64,000 nucleotides of DNA from an uncultured Gemmatimonadota bacterium (lineage in GTDB: Bacteria; Gemmatimonadota; Gemmatimonadetes; Gemmatimonadales; Gemmatimonadaceae). The stretch lies in contig CAIRYG010000004.1 of NCBI GenBank assembly GCA_903882745.1, positions 28,699 through 92,698 of the forward strand. Direction: 5' to 3'. The position numbers were made by a program, and so were the translations under genes. The first letter of the stretch is position 1. The number at the start of each line of letters is the position of its first letter. The notes below the pieces were generated by a model that had not been told where the DNA came from, made no database searches, and saw only the letters and a list, made by a program, of their open reading frames with translations. Below, piece by piece: positions 58,401 through 64,000 of the stretch.

Positions 58401-58840
58401 ACGGGCATGTCCTTGTCACTGACCTGCGCCACGGTGAACGGAAGCTTCTTCTGCTCCGTACCCGCGGTCACACCGGTCACGACAACCTGGCTCAGCTTGT
58501 TGACATCTTCCTTCAGCTGAAAGTCCTGCGTCTGCGATCCGGCAGACAGCGTGATTGTCTTGGCAATCGGCGCAAAGCCGATCGCGCGAACCCGCAACAT
58601 TACCTGCTGACCCGTGACACGGGCACCAGGAATGACAATCGTGTACTGGCCCTGGGCATTTGTGCCCTGCGACACCGTCAAGGCGTCGATCGTCACATTG
58701 GCGGCCATGAGCGGTTCACCATTCGCATTCGTCACCTTACCGGTGATCGTTGCGCTCTGGGCGAACAGCTTCGCCGGCACCATTACGACGAGTGCCAGTA
58801 CCGCGGTCAACCACCACCGCAACCGAGTACTCTTTTGCAT
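55457..58840 (-). CDS. SusC/RagA-type TonB-dependent outer-membrane receptor
   Basis: ORF 55457..58882 trimmed to ATG 58840 (MQKSTRLRWWLTAVLALVVMVPAKLFAQ). CarbPepReg domain ATITGKVTNANGEPLMAANVTI. Plug LQGKVPGANIVSQSG, IILRGPQSI, DPLFIIDGVIV. C-terminal F. Confidence 0.9.
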   Translation of the reverse strand: MQKSTRLRWWLTAVLALVVMVPAKLFAQSATITGKVTNANGEPLMAANVTIDALTVSQGTNAQGQYTIVIPGARVTGQQVMLRVRAIGFAPIAKTITLSAGSQTQDFQLKEDVNKLSQVVVTGVTAGTEQKKLPFTVAQVSDKDMPVPGGNAITQLQGKVPGANIVSQSGRPGSTPSIILRGPQSINASGRGQDPLFIIDGVIVIGSLPDINPNDIENIEVVKGAAAASLYGSRAGYGVINITTKSGKSTGEGVRFTTRAEGGASDIEGKYKAAQASSLIYGPDHQRVCQNTQGSTLPVAGLQNCQATVNLYDEALRVNEQGVDFALNPVLFMGDYGVSSAPSKAGLRGYFQVNKFPTTYDPVAQIITNGPFLNASVDMTGKFNRSNFFASVGNFYQEGSMRYLDGFRRKSLRLNIDNTLGGNWTFSSRAYYANVWSDGNASPASLGLTRQPAFVDLLRKDKLGRLFIRSTVTAQGSQNTNPLYTASYYLADNNSDRFTGQMAVRWQPFTWLDGEWNFGYDRSNYEGMGYSDKGNARSATTYTSVGSASRSDSLAQSYNTAFNLTARKDLLSDLTARLTARALYEQQDGTSDSHSCSILVVANLHTTNACVIGATNVPSIGSSDYSTRQIGLFAGLDLEWKERYILGGLFRRDGSSLFGASSRWKSYGRGSFAYRVSEEKWWPAKKLINDFKMRASIGQAGNRPSQTAQYETYSIGSGGTLSPNVLGNRNLRPEVSTETEIGFDAEIMSRFGLTVTKAKSVVDDQILNVPVPAAAGFNSVWTNAGQLTNNTWEMSLNIPLVEKRDFTWSARINYDHTTSVITRLDVNPYFVTAAGQQGSESMFQVKQGEVFGTIYGRRFITECAQFPTAYQSRCGTDKEWQKNNEGYIVWVGAGNKQSEGITRNLWMSQTQNVGTCNDSPWGCATNVYSSWGMPIILRDTAAASFGTATLTKNGSALPDYRWSLGQNFQYKKLSVYALFDAVKGNNIWNEERQWSYGDLMHADVDQLDKTVATAKPIGYYWRNNTENTAGVGGLYDILGPSSRTVEDASYIKLREISVGYRFGKIAGKGDWTLSLVGRNLKTWTNYNGFDPEVGLSGGTNGSGALNAIDAYTFPNLRTFTLTLTTSF

Positions 58841-58870
58841 CGCGTTCCCTCTTACTGAAGGTGGAAAAGT

Positions 58871-58942
58871 GGGGACTCTCACTACCGAACTACCGGATAC
58901 TGCGTTGTACTCGTACTAAGGGGACTGCTGGACTACCTGACT
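58871..58942. promoter_or_regulatory. Repeated motifs GGGGACT (x2) and ACTACC (x3) in the susC leader region
   Basis: GGGGACT at 58871 and 58920. ACTACCG at 58881 and 58889, ACTACCT at 58932. The repeats lie 31-102 nt upstream of the susC ATG. Function unknown. Confidence 0.2.
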
Positions 58943-59072
58943 CAATGCGCAATACCCGGGATGTTCCCCCGGCGTCACATTCGTGTAGCAACTCGTAGTT
59001 TCGCTACCGGACAGCAATCCGCGCAACCCCCAGACACTTTTAAATCTCAGGTAGCTTGGCACTGAGATATCT

Positions 59073-59093
59073 CCCTTCCCCCCTCCCCCTCCC
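59073..59093. other. C-run tract CCCTTCCCCCCTCCCCCTCCC (G-quadruplex motif on the minus strand, i-motif on the plus strand)
   Basis: Four C-runs of 3, 6, 5 and 3 separated by 1-2 nt, read directly. Further C-runs at 59101-59104, 59130-59132 and 59134-59139. Confidence 0.6.
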
Positions 59094-59151
59094 TCTCGCG
59101 CCCCACGTACCTTACAGCAGCAAAAACCGCCCTCCCCCCATACGTCCGAAC

Positions 59152-59826
59152 ATGATCCCGACCCGCCGCCCCCTGCTCCTCGCTGCCTTCCTCACGGCTT
59201 TCCTCACTTCTTTCCTCGTCAGCGCTCCCCTCAGCGCGCAGGACTCGGCAATCGTCAAAGCCGCCGACAAAGGACGGGTCGCAGGGAACGCCGCGGCCAC
59301 CGTCTGGCTCGTCGAGGTCTCGGACTTCCAGTGCCCCTGGTGCAAGAAGTTCCACGACGAAACCTTCGGCGCTCTCAAAAAAGAGTACGTCGACTCGGGC
59401 AAAATCCGGCTCGCCTACCTGAACTTCCCCCTCGGCATGCACCCCAACGCCATGCCGGCTGCCCTCAGCGCCATGTGCGCCTCGGCACAAGGCAAGTTCT
59501 GGGAGATGCACGACAAACTGTTCGACACCCAGGGGAACTGGGAAAAGCTCGCCAACCCGCGCGCCTTCTTTGACTCGCTGGCGCTCGCCCTTGGCCTGAA
59601 AGCCGCATCATATAAGAGCTGCTTCGACTCCCCGTCGAGCAAACTGCTGGTCGAAACCGATCGCGACAACGCGCGCACCGCCGGGGTGCAATCGACCCCA
59701 ACCTTCTTCGTGCAGATTCAGGCACCAGGCAAGCCCGTCACCACCTTCAAGAAACTCGAAGGGGCCTACCCGGTCGCGGACTTCCGCAAAGTGCTCGACG
59801 CCGCCCTCGCCGCCGCCAAGAAGTAA
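59152..59826 (+). CDS. DsbA-family thiol:disulfide oxidoreductase
   Basis: ORF 59056..59826 trimmed to ATG 59152 (MIPTRRPLLLAAFLTAFL signal). Active site FQCPWCKKF. Confidence 0.85.
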   Translation: MIPTRRPLLLAAFLTAFLTSFLVSAPLSAQDSAIVKAADKGRVAGNAAATVWLVEVSDFQCPWCKKFHDETFGALKKEYVDSGKIRLAYLNFPLGMHPNAMPAALSAMCASAQGKFWEMHDKLFDTQGNWEKLANPRAFFDSLALALGLKAASYKSCFDSPSSKLLVETDRDNARTAGVQSTPTFFVQIQAPGKPVTTFKKLEGAYPVADFRKVLDAALAAAKK

Positions 59827-59871
59827 CCCTACGTCGACGCTCTTCACCCCCCTCGGCCGGCGACAGTCGCC

Positions 59872-61209
59872 ATGAAGCTGCTTGCGCGCGCGCCATACGC
59901 TCTCGCCGCCCGACTGGCGCGCGCCGCGGCGGAACTCACGCCGGCCGGGGATGGTAAACTTCGCGCGTCACTGCACGCCCGCCGCGGGGTCGTGAATCGC
60001 TTCACCCGCTGGTCCGCCGCCCACCGCGACCTCGCGCGCCCCCTCCTCTGGATGCACGCCCCATCGGTCGGCGAGGGACTGCAGGCTCGACCAGTGCTCG
60101 ACCTGCTGCGCGCCCGACACCCCGAGTGGCAGATCGTCTACACCTTCTTCTCGCCCAGCGCCGAAAAATTCGCACGTGCGCTGGCCGTGGACTACACCGA
60201 CTACCTCCCCTTCGACAGCGCGCCCGACATGGCCGCGCTCTGCGACGCGCTTCGCCCTTCAGCGCTGATTTTTAGCAAGCTCGATGTCTGGCCGGTCCTC
60301 GCCGAGTCAGCTGCGGCACGCGGCATTCCGCTGGGGATGATCTCGGCGACGGTCAGCGGCATCTCCTCACGAAATGGTCGCATTGCCGACTGGGTGCTGC
60401 GCGACGCGTACGCCGCGCTCGACGCGATTGGCGCGGTAGATGGCGACGACGCGCAACGCCTGATCGCCATGGGGGCACGCACGTCCGCCCTGCACGTCAC
60501 CGGCGACACCCGCTACGACCAAGTCGCCCTGCGCGCGCAGCACGTGGACAGGGCCAGCGCATTGCTCGCCCCGCTCGCGAGTGCGCGCCCCACGCTCGTC
60601 GCTGGCAGCACCTGGCCCTCCGACGAAGCGCCGCTGCTCACCGCCTGGCGCGCCCTCCGCACACGGGTCCCCGACGCACGACTGATTATCGCGCCGCACG
60701 AGCCCACCCCTGACCATCTCGAACCCGTCGAGCGAGCCGCCCAACAACTCGGGCTTGTGGTCGCACGACTCGGCACCGAGGCACAACGCACGGCCGATGT
60801 GATCGTCGTCGATCGGGTTGGCGTGCTCGGCGACCTCTACGCGCTTGCCGATGTGGCCTTTGTTGGCGGTGGATTTCACAGCGCAGGACTGCACTCGGTG
60901 GTCGAGCCCGCCGCCTTTGGCGCCCCGGTGCTCTTCGGCACACAGCATCGCAACGCGCGCGACGCTGAGTTATTAGTACGCGCGGGCGGCGGGTTCTCGG
61001 TCGGTTCGAGCGATGCGGTGGAGACCGCGTTGGTGCGATTGTTCAGCGACGAGTCCGTGCGTGTTGACGCGGGTGCGCGTGCGCTGGCCCTCGTGTCGTC
61101 GGGGCTTGGCGCTGCTGAGCGGTCAGGGTTGCTGGTCGAAGGGTTGGTTGCGCGCGGGTCGGCGGCGTCTGGCGGTCGCGGGTCGTCAGCTTCTGGCGGT
61201 CGCGGGTAG
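59872..61209 (+). CDS. waaA: 3-deoxy-D-manno-octulosonic acid (Kdo) transferase
   Basis: LWMHAPSVGEGLQARPVL, FSPSAEKFA, GGGFHSAGLHSVVEPAAFGAPVLFG. Confidence 0.9.
   Translation: MKLLARAPYALAARLARAAAELTPAGDGKLRASLHARRGVVNRFTRWSAAHRDLARPLLWMHAPSVGEGLQARPVLDLLRARHPEWQIVYTFFSPSAEKFARALAVDYTDYLPFDSAPDMAALCDALRPSALIFSKLDVWPVLAESAAARGIPLGMISATVSGISSRNGRIADWVLRDAYAALDAIGAVDGDDAQRLIAMGARTSALHVTGDTRYDQVALRAQHVDRASALLAPLASARPTLVAGSTWPSDEAPLLTAWRALRTRVPDARLIIAPHEPTPDHLEPVERAAQQLGLVVARLGTEAQRTADVIVVDRVGVLGDLYALADVAFVGGGFHSAGLHSVVEPAAFGAPVLFGTQHRNARDAELLVRAGGGFSVGSSDAVETALVRLFSDESVRVDAGARALALVSSGLGAAERSGLLVEGLVARGSAASGGRGSSASGGRG
61156..61203 (+). repeat. 24-nt in-frame tandem repeat x2 encoding GSAASGGR/GSSASGGR at the WaaA C-terminus
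   Basis: gggtcggcggcgtctggcggtcgc / gggtcgtcagcttctggcggtcgc read directly. Confidence 0.85.
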
Positions 61210-61281
61210 CCCTCCCCTTCGACAGCTCAACGCTGTCTGCGGGAAGGTTGAGAGCCGTGCCCGCCATTCCCGCGCGGGAGT

Positions 61282-61332
61282 GGGTGAGGGCTCCCATAGC
61301 GAGCGTTGAGCTCGCGGAGGGAGCCCTCACCC
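61282..61332. repeat. Extended composite hairpin (14-bp perfect outer stem plus 6-bp inner stem), REP-like or terminator
   Basis: gggtgagggctccc-ata-gcgagc-gttga-gctcgc-gga-gggagccctcaccc. No T-tract on either side. Confidence 0.5.
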
Positions 61333-61352
61333 GCGACCAAGCGGCATCGGCG

Positions 61353-61399
61353 CATAAAAGCAAACGGTCCGCTCAGCGAGAACAACGCCGAGCGGACCG
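61353..61399 (-). terminator. Rho-independent terminator of atpC
   Basis: On the minus strand: cggtccgctc-N15-gagcggaccg (10-bp stem) followed by tttgcttttat. Confidence 0.65.
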
Positions 61400-61423
61400 C
61401 ACAGCAGAAACGAAGGACCGAGC

Positions 61424-61666
61424 CTATGCCTTCGACGCAGACTCCGTCACGACACGCACCTGATTGTCGACGACCTGCAGAAAGCCGCCAGACACCGTAA
61501 ACGAGGGACCGTTCCCAACCTTCAGCGTGCCGGTGCCAAGCACCGTCACCATTGGCGCGTGACCCGCGAGAATCCCAACCTCACCGTCGAACGCGGGCGC
61601 CGTGATGGACGGCGCCTCGCCTTCAAACAGCGTCGCTTCCGGCGAGATGACCGAGACGTTCAGCAC
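61424..61666 (-). CDS. atpC: F1 ATP synthase epsilon subunit, short form (beta-sandwich domain only)
   Basis: ORF 61424..61753 trimmed to GTG 61666, just after the atpD stop (61669-61671). VLNVSVISPEATLFEGEAPSITAPAFDGEVGILAGHAPMV is the canonical epsilon N-terminal domain. 80 aa. Confidence 0.8.
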   Translation of the reverse strand: MLNVSVISPEATLFEGEAPSITAPAFDGEVGILAGHAPMVTVLGTGTLKVGNGPSFTVSGGFLQVVDNQVRVVTESASKA

Positions 61667-61668
61667 AA

Positions 61669-63099
<1,431 letters not shown>

Positions 63100-63963
63100 T
63101 TAGCCTTGGAGCGCAGAGGCACCGCCGACGATCTCGGCGATTTCCTGGGTGATGTTGGCCTGACGCGCGCGGTTGTAGTCGCGGCGGTAGAGCGTGAGCA
63201 TGTCGGTGGCGTTGTCGGTCGCGTTCTTCATCGCCGTGCGGCGCGCCGAATGTTCGGCGGCCACCGTCTCCACCAGCGCGCGATACACGGCGTTGCGCAC
63301 ATAGGCGGGGAGCAGCTCCGTGAGGATTGCTGCCGCCGACGGGTAGAGCAGGTAGTCCTTCTGCGCGCGCTTCTGCTCCGGACGCGCAACCGGCAGCACT
63401 CGCGTGCTGTGAGGCGGCGCCGAAAGCGCCGACTTGTACACGGACTGCACGACATAGACCGCGTCGAGCGAGCCGTCGATAAACTGGTGCATCAGCGCAT
63501 CCACCAGCGACGCCGCATCGGCTGCCGTGGGACGATCGCTGATGTCGTTGCGCTGCGTGGCGAGCGGACGACCGACGTACTTGAAGTAGCCGATCCCCTT
63601 CTTGCCGACCGCGTGCAACTCCACTTCGGTGCCTTCGCTCTCAAGGCGCGTGATCAGCGCTCGCGCTTCCTTGATCAAGTTGGCGCTAAATGCACCGGCC
63701 AGACCGCGATTGCTCGTGATCAGAATGATGGCGGCGCGCTTTGTCGTTTGCGGCTGACGCAGGAGCGGGAAGCTCTCCGCGAGTTCCGGATTGTAGAGAC
63801 TCGAAATGACGTCACCGAGCGCCGTCGCGTACGGACGCGCGGCGATCACTCGGTCCATCGCCCGCTTCATCTTCGAAGCGGAGACCATTTCCATCGTGCG
63901 CGTGATCTTCCGAGTGTTCTCGGTGGATTTAATACGCCCGACGAGCTCGCGACCCTTGGCCAT
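63100..63963 (-). CDS. atpG: F1 ATP synthase gamma subunit
   Basis: MAKGRELVGRIKSTENTRKITRTMEMVSASKMKRA and C-terminal ITQEIAEIVGGASAL. Confidence 0.95.
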   Translation of the reverse strand: MAKGRELVGRIKSTENTRKITRTMEMVSASKMKRAMDRVIAARPYATALGDVISSLYNPELAESFPLLRQPQTTKRAAIILITSNRGLAGAFSANLIKEARALITRLESEGTEVELHAVGKKGIGYFKYVGRPLATQRNDISDRPTAADAASLVDALMHQFIDGSLDAVYVVQSVYKSALSAPPHSTRVLPVARPEQKRAQKDYLLYPSAAAILTELLPAYVRNAVYRALVETVAAEHSARRTAMKNATDNATDMLTLYRRDYNRARQANITQEIAEIVGGASALQG

Positions 63964-64000
63964 TACGCGATGCTCTTCTTGTACTGGTCGAGGCAGCGCT
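63963..64000 (-). CDS. atpA: F1 ATP synthase alpha subunit, C-terminal 12 codons only (partial at window end)
   Basis: Open frame ending ...LDQYKKSIA-TAA, whose stop shares one base with the atpG ATG (TAATG). Called from the atpA-G-D-C synteny only. Confidence 0.5.
   Translation of the reverse strand, partial: RCLDQYKKSIA

Noticed and set aside
53698-58840. Slightly lower GC of the SusC/SusD region as a sign of horizontal transfer
   Set aside because: The impression is by eye only. It is plausibly explained by the Asn/Tyr/Thr/Ser-rich composition of outer-membrane proteins. Third-codon positions still look GC-biased, and there are no flanking mobility genes or tRNA. It would need a computed GC3 or tetranucleotide comparison.
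55298-58858. Very long ORFs on the strand opposite to recognised genes. Examples: 55298-58858 (+, 1186 aa, opposite SusC), 11732-14515 (+, opposite gcvP), 40725-43043 (-, opposite dnaE), 45966-47819 (-, opposite PSP1/metG), 31368-32798 (-, opposite lpd), 28139-29191 and 30119-31402 (-, opposite PDH genes), 17923-19116 (-, opposite ABC genes).
   Set aside because: Their translations are Arg/Gly/Ala/Pro/His-rich low-complexity strings with no recognisable motif. The opposite strand carries textbook signatures in every case. Long stop-free antisense frames are expected at this GC content.
59057-59071. Sigma-54-like element TGGCAC-N5-TATC upstream of dsbA
   Set aside because: The -24 half is good, but the -12 half lacks the conserved GC (TATC instead of TTGC). 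No enhancer-binding protein gene is nearby.

Overview
GC-rich sequence (roughly two-thirds G+C by eye, not computed). It reads as a core chromosomal stretch of a Gram-negative bacterium. A SusC/SusD pair, a Kdo transferase, a short ATP-synthase epsilon and several leaders without a Shine-Dalgarno (SD) sequence suggest the FCB group. Gemmatimonadota is my guess only. I can support 55 protein-coding genes and found no rRNA, tRNA, CRISPR array, transposase or integrase. Main blocks: (1) 1-6764, minus strand: a tightly coupled operon of a stand-alone RAM-domain gene, a NurA-like nuclease, a HerA-like ATPase, SbcD/Mre11 and SbcC/Rad50. This is the best candidate for an unusual system. (2) An aminotransferase, a catalytically degenerate DEAD-box-like protein, tdk and coaE. 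(3) Lipoyl-protein metabolism: gcvH, gcvP, an LplA-family ligase, lipA, PDH E1a/E1b/E2, lpd and lipB. (4) Peptide uptake: an Opp/Dpp-type ABC system plus a POT transporter. (5) Envelope genes (GT2, DUF3108, GT39, DsbA, WaaA, M23 peptidase). (6) Housekeeping genes (uvrD-like, dnaE, accA, PSP1/ricT-like, metG, atpAGDC). (7) 49277-58840, minus strand: nine co-directional genes running SusC, SusD, lipoprotein, lipoprotein, barrel-less plug-like protein, TPM, nucleotidyltransferase, LemA. Many long ORFs in the track are antisense or N-terminal-extension artefacts of the high GC content. I trimmed or rejected them using motif evidence from the opposite strand. All product calls rest on motif and architecture recognition by eye. 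No database search was run.
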